Assembly: GCA_002269645.1 (NCBI GenBank)
Contig: NIVC01003656.1
Location: 39,997-103,996, forward strand
Direction of reading: 5' to 3'
Length of the DNA: 64,000 nt
Source: Macrostomum lignano
Taxonomy: Eukaryota
Below the pieces are notes generated by a model that ran no database searches, was not told the DNA's origin, and saw only the letters and a list, made by a program, of their open reading frames with translations. Position numbers and translations under genes: made by a program. Shown here piece after piece: positions 50,801 to 63,014 of this stretch (positions are counted from its first letter, which is position 1; every line of letters begins with the position of its first letter).

Positions 50801-53800
50801 CTGCATCAGTTAGAGCAATGTGTGTCATGTCTGCATCAGTTAGAGCAATGTGTGTCATGTCTGCATCAGTTAGAGCAATGTGTGTCATGTCTGCATCAGT
50901 TAGAGCAATGTGTGTCATGTCTGCATCAGTTAGAGCAATGTGTGTCATGTCTGCATCAGTTAGAGCAATGTGTGTCATGTCTGCATCAGTTAGAGCAATG
51001 TGTGTCATGTCTGCATCAGTTAGAGCAATGTGTGTCATGTCTGCATCAGTTAGAGCAATGTGTGTCATGTCTGCATCAGTTAGAGCAATGTGTGTCATGT
51101 CTGCATCAGTTAGAGCAATGTGTGTCATGTCTGCATCAGTTAGAGCAATGTGTGTCATGTCTGCATCAGTTAGAGCAATGTGTGTCATGTCTGCATCAGT
51201 TAGAGCAATGTGTGTCATGTCTGCATCAGTTAGAGCAATGTGTGTCATGTCTGCATCAGTTAGAGCAATGTGTGTCATGTCTGCATCAGTTAGAGCAATG
51301 TGTGTCATGTCTGCATCAGTTAGAGCAATGTGTGTCATGTCTGCATCAGTTAGAGCAATGTGTGTCATGTCTGCATCAGTTAGAGCAATGTGTGTCATGT
51401 CTGCATCAGTTAGAGCAATGTGTGTCATGTCTGCATCAGTTAGAGCAATGTGTGTCATGTCTGCATCAGTTAGAGCAATGTGTGTCATGTCTGCATCAGT
51501 TAGAGCAATGTGTGTCATGTCTGCATCAGTTAGAGCAATGTGTGTCATGTCTGCATCAGTTAGAGCAATGTGTGTCATGTCTGCATCAGTTAGAGCAATG
51601 TGTGTCATGTCTGCATCAGTTAGAGCAATGTGTGTCATGTCTGCATCAGTTAGAGCAATGTGTGTCATGTCTGCATCAGTTAGAGCAATGTGTGTCATGT
51701 CTGCATCAGTTAGAGCAATGTGTGTCATGTCTGCATCAGTTAGAGCAATGTGTGTCATGTCTGCATCAGTTAGAGCAATGTGTGTCATGTCTGCATCAGT
51801 TAGAGCAATGTGTGTCATGTCTGCATCAGTTAGAGCAATGTGTGTCATGTCTGCATCAGTTAGAGCAATGTGTGTCATGTCTGCATCAGTTAGAGCAATG
51901 TGTGTCATGTCTGCATCAGTTAGAGCAATGTGTGTCATGTCTGCATCAGTTAGAGCAATGTGTGTCATGTCTGCATCAGTTAGAGCAATGTGTGTCATGT
52001 CTGCATCAGTTAGAGCAATGTGTGTCATGTCTGCATCAGTTAGAGCAATGTGTGTCATGTCTGCATCAGTTAGAGCAATGTGTGTCATGTCTGCATCAGT
52101 TAGAGCAATGTGTGTCATGTCTGCATCAGTTAGAGCAATGTGTGTCATGTCTGCATCAGTTAGAGCAATGTGTGTCATGTCTGCATCAGTTAGAGCAATG
52201 TGTGTCATGTCTGCATCAGTTAGAGCAATGTGTGTCATGTCTGCATCAGTTAGAGCAATGTGTGTCATGTCTGCATCAGTTAGAGCAATGTGTGTCATGT
52301 CTGCATCAGTTAGAGCAATGTGTGTCATGTCTGCATCAGTTAGAGCAATGTGTGTCATGTCTGCATCAGTTAGAGCAATGTGTGTCATGTCTGCATCAGT
52401 TAGAGCAATGTGTGTCATGTCTGCATCAGTTAGAGCAATGTGTGTCATGTCTGCATCAGTTAGAGCAATGTGTGTCATGTCTGCATCAGTTAGAGCAATG
52501 TGTGTCATGTCTGCATCAGTTAGAGCAATGTGTGTCATGTCTGCATCAGTTAGAGCAATGTGTGTCATGTCTGCATCAGTTAGAGCAATGTGTGTCATGT
52601 CTGCATCAGTTAGAGCAATGTGTGTCATGTCTGCATCAGTTAGAGCAATGTGTGTCATGTCTGCATCAGTTAGAGCAATGTGTGTCATGTCTGCATCAGT
52701 TAGAGCAATGTGTGTCATGTCTGCATCAGTTAGAGCAATGTGTGTCATGTCTGCATCAGTTAGAGCAATGTGTGTCATGTCTGCATCAGTTAGAGCAATG
52801 TGTGTCATGTCTGCATCAGTTAGAGCAATGTGTGTCATGTCTGCATCAGTTAGAGCAATGTGTGTCATGTCTGCATCAGTTAGAGCAATGTGTGTCATGT
52901 CTGCATCAGTTAGAGCAATGTGTGTCATGTCTGCATCAGTTAGAGCAATGTGTGTCATGTCTGCATCAGTTAGAGCAATGTGTGTCATGTCTGCATCAGT
53001 TAGAGCAATGTGTGTCATGTCTGCATCAGTTAGAGCAATGTGTGTCATGTCTGCATCAGTTAGAGCAATGTGTGTCATGTCTGCATCAGTTAGAGCAATG
53101 TGTGTCATGTCTGCATCAGTGAGCAATGTGTGTCATGTCTGCATCAGTTAGAGCAATGTGTGTCATGTCTGCATCAGTGAGCAATGTGTGTCATGTCTGC
53201 ATCAGTTAGAGCAATGTGTGTCATGTCTGCATCAGTTAGAGCAATGTGTGTCATGTCTGCATCAGTTAGAGCAATGTGTGTCATGTCTGCATCAGTTAGA
53301 GCAATGTGTGTCATGTCTGCATCAGTTAGAGCAATGTGTGTCATGTCTGCATCAGTTAGAGCAATGTGTGTCATGTCTGCATCAGTTAGAGCAATGTGTG
53401 TCATGTCTGCATCAGTTAGAGCAATGTGTGTCATGTCTGCATCAGTTAGAGCAATGTGTGTCATGTCTGCATCAGTTAGAGCAATGTGTGTCATGTCTGC
53501 ATCAGTTAGAGCAATGTGTGTCATGTCTGCATCAGTTAGAGCAATGTGTGTCATGTCTGCATCAGTGAGCAATGTGTGTCATGTCTGCATCAGTTAGAGC
53601 AATGTGTGTCATGTCTGCATCAGTTAGAGCAATGTGTGTCATGTCTGCATCAGTTAGAGCAATGTGTGTCATGTCTGCATCAGTTAGAGCAATGTGTGTC
53701 ATGTCTGCATCAGTTAGAGCAATGTGTGTCATGTCTGCATCAGTTAGAGCAATGTGTGTCATGTCTGCATCAGTTAGAGCAATGTGTGTCATGTCTGCAT

Positions 53801-54626
53801 CAGTTAGAGCAATGTGTGTCATGTCTGCATCAGTTAGAGCAATGTGTGTCATGTCTGCATCAGTTAGAGCAATGTGTGTCATGTCTGCATCAGTTAGAGC
53901 AATGTGTGTCATGTCTGCATCAGTTAGAGCAATGTGTGTCATGTCTGCATCAGTTAGAGCAATGTGTGTCATGTCTGCATCAGTTAGAGCAATGTGTGTC
54001 ATGTCTGCATCAGTTAGAGCAATGTGTGTCATGTCTGCATCAGTTAGAGCAATGTGTGTCATGTCTGCATCAGTTAGAGCAATGTGTGTCATGTCTGCAT
54101 CAGTTAGAGCAATGTGTGTCATGTCTGCATCAGTTAGAGCAATGTGTCATGTCTGCATCAGTTAGAGCAATGTGTGTCATGTCTGCATCAGTTAGAGCAA
54201 TGTGTGTCATGTCTGCATCAGTTAGAGCAATGTGTGTCATGTCTGCATCAGTCATGTCTGCATCAGTTAGAGCAATGTGTGTCATGTCTGCATCAGTTAG
54301 AGCAATGTGTATCATGTCTGCATCAGTTAGAGCAATGTGTGTCATGTCTGCATCAGTTAGAGCAATGTGTGTCATGTCTGCATCAGTTAGAGCAATGTGT
54401 ATCATGTCTGCATCAGTTAGAGCAATGTGTATCATGTCTGCATCAGTTAGAGCAATGTGTATCATGTCTGCATCAGTTAGAGCAATGTGTATCATGTCTG
54501 CATCAGTTAGAGCAATGTGTATCATGTCTGCATCAGTTAGAGCAATGTGTCATGTCTGCATCAGTTAGAGCAATGTGTCATGTCTGCATCAGTTAGAGCA
54601 ATGTGTATTATGTCTGCAAGTTAGAG
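35875..54626. repeat. 18.7-kb satellite of a 30-bp monomer (GAGCAATGTGTGTCATGTCTGCATCAGTTA), about 625 copies
   Basis: Period 30 throughout. The core (about 42.1-54.1 kb) is almost invariant and the edges are diverged. Confidence 0.99.
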
Positions 54627-55127
54627 AATTCATGCTGCAAGTTAGAGGCTTTTATGCTTTAGAAATGTGTTAGTCTCAAGTTAAGCAAGCTTGCCTCCTT
54701 TAAGCATTTCCTTCTGTATCCTTCTGCTTGCAGTCTCATCCTGAGGATTGCAATCGTGAGCAGCTTGCATTCTGATTAGTTCTGGCGTTTCGCATCTGAG
54801 CATGCGTGCAGTGCCAGGAGAGAAGAGATCTGACAAGCGACGGGCTCCCAAATGACAAGTGCTGATCTGCAAGGAGGCAAATGACTCACTGGCTCAGAGA
54901 GGCAAGGCAGACTGACAGAGAGCAAGGGCAGGCTGCACAGAAGCAGACAGCGCACAGAGAGCATTGGCTTGGCTGGGCCAATCGCAGAGCTTGGGAGGGC
55001 CCTATTAATTAAGGCGCACATTGAGGTGGTTTTGCACAGTAAACAGGACGCGCAGGTTATCCAAGGAATTCGGCAGTTTACTGACAGTTCAAATCGCTAA
55101 ACTCGGCTTTTAAAAGCGGCAAGGACG

Positions 55128-57655
55128 ATGGAGAATCAGCAGAAGCAGCAGCCGGAGCAGAAGCAGTCTCGTGAGGAGGCCTGCGGCGATGCGGCCCCGG
55201 TGCCGCCGAGTCAGTTTCTGCAGCGCAGGAGAGCCGGACGCGCCGCGGTCGCGGCTGCCTTCGGCGAGCGACCGCAGCCGCGCCCGAGAAGGCGCGGCAG
55301 CCGCTGCCAGCCGGGATGATGTCGGTGATGGGGCGGCCGGTGCAGCTGGCCAGGCGGATGTCCACAGTGGAGATGGTGGTGCACAATGAGGAGGGCGAGA
55401 CAGAAGAGGTCGAGATCGACGTGGCGGACGTGGAGACAGAGGGTGAGCTGAGCTTCCAAGCATTGCCCCCATGGTGTTTAAAGTCTCTTGATGGATGCCT
55501 CTACGCCAAGCATTGCCCCCATGGTGTTTAAAGTCTCTTGATGGATGCCTCTACGCCAAGCATTGCTCCCATGGTGTTTAAAGTCTCTTGATGGATGCCT
55601 CTACGCCAAGCATTGCCCCCATGGTGTTTAAAGTCTCTTGATGGATGCCTCTACGCCAAGCATTGCCCCCATGGTGTTTAAAGTCTCTTGATGGATGCCT
55701 CTACGCCAAGCATTGCCCCCATGGTGTTTAAAGTCTCTTGATGGATGCCTCTACGCCAAGTGGCACCACGGCGAATGAATATTTATTAGCATTCCCTATC
55801 ATAGCTGTAGTTCTGTAGACATTCAAGCTGCATTCGTGCTTGTCTCCTCTTTTTAAAAAGATGGGCCTATTAACTAAATCTGATGCAAAAAGAATGCAGT
55901 GTGTAAGAAAATGGCTGGCTGTGTAACAATATCTGCTTTTACTCAGAGCGCCTAAAAGCTTCTTTGAGCCTTATCAAATACAAGTGACCTCGTCGTGCTT
56001 CACGCAATTTGCCATTTTTCCTACCTGATCATCTATAGGGATCAATTTTCACAGCAAAGGCGGGGATCAGGTGACAGGGCGCGAATTTGGGAAAGGAAGA
56101 CGAATACCTGATCATGGCACTAATGAAGTAATGATTGCTCCTGAGATCAAAAGGCTTTACTATTAAAGACTCTGAAACTTGTATGAGAATAATTGTATAT
56201 CCAAAAATTGATTGAGGCGTGTCTAAGTTTCTGATTGGATGACGGGTGTCTAAGTTTCTGATTAAATGAGGGGTGCTAAGGTTTTGATTGGAATGACGGG
56301 CGTCTAAGTTTCTGATTAAATGAGGGGTGCTAAGGTTAAAGGTTTTGATTGGATGAGGGGTGTCTAAAGCTCTGATAGGATGAGGGTGTCTAAGGCTCTA
56401 ATTGGATGAGGGGTGTGTCTAAGGTTCTGATTGGATGAGGGGTGTGTCTAAGGTTCTGATTGGATGAGGGGTGTGTCTAAGGTTCTGATTGGATGAGGGG
56501 TGTGTCTAAGGTTCTGATTGGATGACGGGTGTCTAAGTTTCTGATTAAATGAGGGGTGCTAAGGTTAAAGGTTTTGATTGGATGAGGGGTGTCTAAAGCT
56601 CTGATAGGATGAGGGTGTCTAAGGCTCTAATTGGATGAGGGGTGTGTCTAAGGTTCTGATTGGATGAGGGGTGTGTCTAAGGTTCTGATTGGATGAGGGG
56701 TGTGTCTAAGGTTCTGATTGGATGAGGGGTGTGTCTAAGGTTCTGATTGGATGAGGGGTGTGTCTAAGGTTCTGATTGGATGAGGGGTGTCTAAGGCTCT
56801 GATTGGATGAGGGGTGTGTCTAAGGTTCTGATTGGATGAGGGGTGTGTCTAAGGTTCTGATTGGATGAGGGGTGTGTCTAAGGTTCTGATTGGATGAGGG
56901 GTGTCTAAGGTTCTGATTGGATGAGGGGTGTCTAAGGTTCTGATTGGAACATTCTCCCCCCAAGCTCTTCTCTCTAATTGTTCCGGGTTTTGTGAAATTG
57001 TTCCTTAGAGTTAAGCTTAGAGGTCATAAGCATATACTACAGATTCCCTTAAGTAACCATAGAGGTTTCCACCCACTTTCTTGTCTCACCAAGACCGTTA
57101 ATCTGTTTAGATAGCGAACTTTGCTGTCCATAGCATTCTATCCCCGAGCTAAAGTTCCGGTATTGTCTTTGGTATTTGTGCTATTTGTACGTGTATTACT
57201 TGGATGAAGCTGAAGTATCAACACTGATGGATGCTTTGGGTAAGCCCCTGTGGAGCAGGTGATCAGGGAGGGGCCAGCGGAATGGGCCTACCTGCCTCCC
57301 GCCACGCTGATTGCGGGTCGACTTATTCGCTACAGTAAACACGAGCAGCTACTAACTGATTTTCTCCCAATTCTCCCGAAAACTCCCAGCGGGTTCCCAG
57401 CGCAGCGGCTCCAGTATCTCTGACCGCATCAGCCGCAGGCGCAACTCCGAGCTGGCAGCCGACATCATCCGATTGTCGGCCGCGCACAGGCGCCGCGAAT
57501 TCGTCCAGCTGCTCAACGAGCACCGCGCCATTGTGCATCAGCTGCAAACCACCGGTGTCGCTTCTGACAGTCGGCGCTCGAACCAGCGACCTCCGTCGCT
57601 GGCCGGCGTTATTCAAGAGGGAAGCGTGGAAGAAAAGGACAAAGAGAACTGTTGA
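55128..57655 (+). CDS. Putative uncharacterised 2-exon gene with an apparent frameshift in exon 1
   Basis: Exon ending at 55442 (...EEVEIDVADVETE G|GTGAGC) joins in phase to the acceptor at 57388-57389, giving exon 57390-57655 (AGSQRSGSS...NSELAADIIRLSAAHRRREFVQLLNEHRAIVHQLQ...KENC*). The MENQQ ORF from 55128 is in a different frame from the donor-proximal part. Confidence 0.5.
55456..55760. repeat. 50-bp tandem repeat, 6 copies, 13 nt after a splice donor
   Basis: CATTGCCCCCATGGTGTTTAAAGTCTCTTGATGGATGCCTCTACGCCAAG starts at 55461, 55511, 55561, 55611, 55661 and 55711. Confidence 0.97.
56222..56948. repeat. About 29-bp minisatellite (GTGTCTAAGGTTCTGATTGGATGAGGGGT), intronic
   Basis: Period 29 (56461 to 56490). 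Confidence 0.93.
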
Positions 57656-57939
57656 ACCGCTGAATTCCCGGGAGAAGTCATACTTGCCTCAGCTGATGAT
57701 TAACTTGGATTTTATCGAGTGTCATATGACAATTCTTATACTGTTAGTAACACTGTTACAACAGAAAAAATTCCTATTTAGAAACATTCTGCGCATGAAA
57801 GCGCAAAGTTTTGAATATTTTGTCCGTCATTCTTTTTTGAAAATACATGTATATTGTACCAATATTTCGTTGATCCATTGCAAAGATAACACCTTTTATT
57901 GATGCTTTGTGTTGAGCAAACAGCCACCTCTAGCAGAAA

Positions 57940-59240
57940 CTGACCTCAGATGACTGTGGTTGAGACTGACCTCAGATGGCTGATTGAGACTGACCTCAGA
58001 TGACTGTGGTTGAGACTGACCTCAGATGGCTGATTGAGACTGACCTCAGATGACTGTGGTTGAGACTGACCTAAGATGACTGATTGAGACTGACCTCAGA
58101 TGACTGTGGTTGAGACCGACCTCAGATGGCTGATTGAGACTGACCTAAGATGACTGTGGTTGAGACTGACCTCAGATGGCTGATTGAGACCGACCTAAGA
58201 TGACTGATTGAGACTGACCTCAGATGACTGTGGTTGAGACTGACCTCAGATGGCTGATTGAGACTGACCTCAGATGGCTGATTGAGACTGACCTCAGATG
58301 GCTGATTGAGACTGACCTCAGATGGCTGATTGAGACTGACCTCAGATGGCTGATTGAGACTGACCTCAGATGGCTGATTGAGACTGACCTAAGATGACTG
58401 GTTGCGACTGACCTAAGATGACTGTGGTTGAGACTGACCTTAGATGACTGATTGAGACTGACCTAAGATGACTGATTGAGACTGACCTCAGATGATTGTG
58501 GTTGAGACTGACCTCAGATGACTGTGGTTGAGACTGACTTCAGATGGCTGATTGAGACTGACCTCAGATGATTGTGGTTGAGACTGACTTCAGATGGCTG
58601 ATTGAGACTAACCTCAGATGACTGATTGAGACTGACCTCAGATGGCTGATTGAGACTGACCTCAGATGGCTGATTGAGACTGACCTCAGATGATTGTGGT
58701 GGAGACTGACCTCAGATGACTGTGGTGGAGACTGACCTCAGATGATTGTGGTTGAGACTGACTTCAGATGGCTGATTGAGACTGACCTAAGATGACTGAT
58801 TGAGACTGACCTCAGATGGCTGATTGAGACTGACCTCAGATGGCTGATTGAGACTGACCTCAGATGATTGTGGTGGAGACTGACCTCAGATGACTGTGGT
58901 GGAGACTGACCTCAGATGATTGTGGTGGAGACAGACCTCAGATGACTGTGGTGGAGACTGACCTCAGATGACTGTGGTGGAGACTGACCTCAGATGACTG
59001 ATTGAGACAGACCTCAGATGAATGTGGTGGAGACAGACCTCAGATGACTGTGGTGGAGACAGACCTCAGATGGCTGATTGAGACTGACCTCAGATGACTG
59101 ATTGAGACTGACCTCAGATGGCTGATTGAGACTGACCTCAGATGATTGTGGTGGAGACTGACCTCAGATGACTGTGGTGGAGACTGACCTCAGATGACTG
59201 TGGTGGAGACAGACCTCAGATAACTGTGGTGGAGACAGAC
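57940..59240. repeat. 24/26-bp two-variant minisatellite (GAGACTGACCTCAGATG + GCTGATT or ACTGTGGTT)
   Basis: Periods 24 (57962 to 57986) and 26 (57986 to 58012). Confidence 0.95.
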
Positions 59241-60261
59241 ATTGGTATTTTAACTTCATTACAATCGGAATCTTACAGCTTTAGTCTTTAAATTGTGCAC
59301 TGCTTTTTATATAAAATTAGCCGCCAAAGCAACAGCAAACTGAGGAACTTGATGCGTAATCAACTAATCAACCTGTATTTGTGTTACTTCCATCGCAGAA
59401 GTGCACCAAGAGATGCCACTGACTCAATGACCAGTAGTCCTGAGTGCCCGCCCGGCCAATTAGTCGAAGCGCTGGCAGTGAAAAATGGACAGAGCGAGCG
59501 GCATTCATCTACGCAGCAAGCAAGTAAGATATCGGGCATGCTGAGCAAGCAGTCTATCATCATGCCGCGCTAAGAGCCGCGACAGGCCGCTCACCACCTC
59601 TTGGGACGCCTGTCCGCGATGTCTCAATGTGTCAGTCGCTAATTTCATGCGACGGACGCACGAGGCTGGCTGAAAAAACAGACGGGACAAGGGAAGAGTG
59701 CGAGAAGATGCTGAGAACTCAGCTGCGAGACTCAAATAGGAAGGCGGGGCCATCCAGCAAAACTGAATCATTAGCCTCGCAACTAGCAGACGAGAAAATT
59801 GCCACTGCCTAGCGCTGAAATCAAAGACAAAAAATCCTCAAGGCGACTGTCTAATACTCGCATACTCGCAGTCGATCCTGCCCTTGACTTTCTGTTTAAT
59901 TGAAAACAAGTCAGAACTGAAGTCGGGACGATATTAATATTTATAAAGAACATCGCGGAACACCCGAGAGCGTTTAACTTTTTTATTAACTGCAAAAGTT
60001 AAAACAAATAACCTGCTGAACAGACTAGCGGGGAAATACAGATCTTCAAATTTTATGATATAAACTGTAGCTTTTTAGCTTTTATAAAAAATGCTTAAAA
60101 TCGCGACAAGCAGAAACCAGAGCAGCCAAGTAGCAAATTAGCAAAGTGCACTTATGATCCGGCCTTGGTTTGACAAGGTTTGAAAAGCACATGAGACATT
60201 TATGAACCCTTTAGAGAATAAAGGTTCTAAATATTTAGGTTCTAAGGCACTTAGCCGTTGG

Positions 60262-62470
60262 AATTGGGATTCTTAGCCTGGGATTCTTAGCCTTTGGGAC
60301 TGGGATTCTTAGACTTTGGGATTCCTAGCCTTTGGGATTCCTAGTCTTTTGGATTCTTAGCCTTTGGGATTCTTAGCCTTTGGGATTCCTAGCCTCCGGG
60401 ATTCTTAGCCTTTGGGATTCTTAGCCTTTGGGATTCCTAGCCTCCGGGATTCTTAGCCTTTGGGATTCTTAGCCTTTGGGATTCCTAGCCTCCGGGATTC
60501 TTAGCCTTTGGGATTCTTAGCCTTTGGGATTCTTAGCCTATGGGGTTCGTAGCCTTTGGGATTCTTAGCCTTTGGGATTCTTAGCCTATGGGGTTCGTAG
60601 CCTTTGGGATTCTTAGTCTGGGATTCTTAGCCTATGGGGTTCGTAGCCTTTGGGATTCTTAGTCTGGGATTCTTAGCCTTTGGGACTGGGATTCCTAGAC
60701 TTTGGGATTCCTAGCCTTTGGGATTGGGATTCCTAGACTTTGGGATTCCTAGCCTTTGGGATTCTTAGCCTTTGGGATTCTTAGCCTCTGGGATTCTTAG
60801 CCTTTGGGATTCTTAGCCTCTGGGATTCTTAGTCTTTGGGATTCTTAGCCTCTGGGATTCTTAGCCTTTGGGATTCTTAGCCTCTGGGATTCTTAGCCTT
60901 TGGGATTCTTAGCCTCTGGGATTCTTAGCCTCTGGGATTCTTAGCCTTTGGGATTCTTAGCCTTTGGGATTCCTAGCCTTTGGGATTCCTAGCCTTTGGG
61001 ATTCCTAGCCTTTGGGATTCTTAGCCTTTGGGATTCGTAGCTTTTGGGATTCTTAGTCTGGGATTCTTAGCCTTTGGGACTGGGATTCTTAGACTTTGGG
61101 ATTCCTAGACTTTGGGATTCTTAGCCTTTGGGATTCTTAGCCTTTGGGATTCTTAGCCTTTGGGATTCTTAGCCTCTGGGATTCTTAGCCTTTGGGATTC
61201 TTAGCCTCTGGGATTCTTAGCCTTTGGGATTCTTAGCCTCTGGGATTCTTAGCCTTTGGGATTCTTAGCCTCTGGGATTCTTAGCCTTTGGGATTCTTAG
61301 CCTCTGGGATTCTTAGCCTCTGGGATTCTTAGCCTTTGGGATTCTTAGCCTCTGGGATTCTTAGCCTTTGGGATTCGTAGCCTTTGGGATTCTTAGCCTC
61401 TGGGATTCTTAGCCACTGGGATTCTTAGCCTTTGGGATTCTTAGCCTTTGGGATTCCTAGCCTTTGGAATTCTTAGCCTTTGGGATTCTTAGCCTTTGGG
61501 ATTCTTAGCCTTTGGGATTCTTAGCCTCTGGGATTCTTAGTCTTTGGGATTCTTAGCCTTTGGGATAGGAATTCTTAGTCTTCGGGATTAGAATTCTTAG
61601 CCTTTGGGATAGGAATTCTTAGTCTTCGGGATTAGAATTCTTAGCGTTTGGGATTCTTAGCCTCTGGGATTCTTAGCCTCTGGGATTCCTAGCCTTTGGG
61701 ATTCTTAGCCTTTGGGATTATTAGCCTCTGGGATTCTTAGCCTTTGGGATTCGTAGCCTTTGGGATTCTTAGCCTCTGGGATTCTTAGCCACTGGGATTC
61801 TTAGCCTTTGGGATTCTTAGCCTTTGGGATTCCTAGCCTTTGGAATTCTTAGCCTTTGGGATTCTTAGCCTTTGGGATTCTTAGCCTTTGGGATTCTTAG
61901 CCTCTGGGATTCTTAGCCTTTGGGATTCTTAGCCTCTGGGATTCTTAGCCTCTGGGATTCTTAGCCTTTGGGATTCTTAGCCTTTGGGATTCCTAGCCTT
62001 TGGGATTCCTAGCCTTTGGGATTCCTAGCCTTTGGGATTCTTAGCCTTTGGGATTCGTAGCTTTTGGGATTCTTAGTCTGGGATTCTTAGCCTTTGGGAC
62101 TGGGATTCTTAGACTTTGGGATTCCTAGACTTTGGGATTCTTAGCCTTTGGGATTCTTAGCCTCTGGGATTCTTAGCCTTTGGGATTCTTAGCCTTTGGG
62201 ATTCTTAGCCTTTGGGATTCTTAGCCTCTGGGATTCTTAGCCTTTGGGATTCTTAGCCTTTGGGATTATTAGCCTCTGGGATTCTTAGCCTTTGGGATTC
62301 GTAGCCTTTGGGATTCTTAGCCTCTGGGATTCTTAGCCACTGGGATTCTTAGCCTTTGGGATTCTTAGCCTTTGGGATTCCTAGCCTTTGGAATTCTTAG
62401 CCTTTGGGATTCTTAGCCTTTGGGATTCTTAGCCTTTGGGATTCTTAGCCTCTGGGATTGCGATTCTTAG
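60262..62470. repeat. 16-bp minisatellite (CCTTTGGGATTCTTAG), about 138 copies, with internal block duplications
   Basis: Period 16 (61141 to 61157). The 60-nt lines starting at 61021 and 62041 are identical, including rare variants. Confidence 0.96.
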
Positions 62471-62897
62471 CTGGATTCTGCGCTTTAGTGCGCCTTGAAA
62501 ATCGAGATTCTAAAAAACACTGTAGAGTTGGACAGCTCAGCAGCCGAAGCACCCGGCCTGCGAATTCAAACCAAGAGACAACCAAAAACTGCCGGTAAAA
62601 GCGAGTTTAAAGAAAATGCAGCTTCTAATGCGATAAAAACAAGCATAATAAAATCAGCGGAGGAGAAAAACAACAGGCAGACACTTAAAACACTCTATTG
62701 ACAAGCTTGGGAGTAAGGACTAATGAGGCAAAGCACAAACAATATCAATATTACAAGCGGAGCACAACCTTAATAAGATACGAGAAAATGCGCAACTGCA
62801 GCACCGCCATACCGGCTTCCGTCTGTAATACGGAGGAACAAGTATTCAAACAAAAAATAAACAAAACAAGCTTGAGTACAACTAACGAACTAACGAA

Positions 62898-63014
62898 GTA
62901 GGATGTCCTGATGCTGCTACTATCAGTAGGATTTCCTTACTATGCTACTATCAGTAGGATTTCCTTATTATGCTACTATCAGTAGGATGTCCTGATGATG
63001 CTACTATCAGTAGG
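62898..63014. repeat. 28-bp tandem repeat, 4 copies, abutting the Tudor exon
   Basis: GCTACTATCAGTAGG starts at 62916, 62944, 62972 and 63000. Confidence 0.9.

Noticed and set aside
35890-54596. ORFs of 200-2157 aa on both strands, read as giant repeat proteins
   Set aside because: They are pure translations of the 30-bp monomer, break at every indel monomer, and overlap in three frames. They have no unique domain.
54681-55021. Short - strand ORFs next to the satellite
   Set aside because: No recognisable homology and no phase-consistent partner exons.
59395-59995. Moderately GC-rich segment with short ORFs on both strands, a possible exon of the Tudor gene or of a + gene
   Set aside because: Strand and frame cannot be decided, since splice-like signals and stops occur in both orientations.
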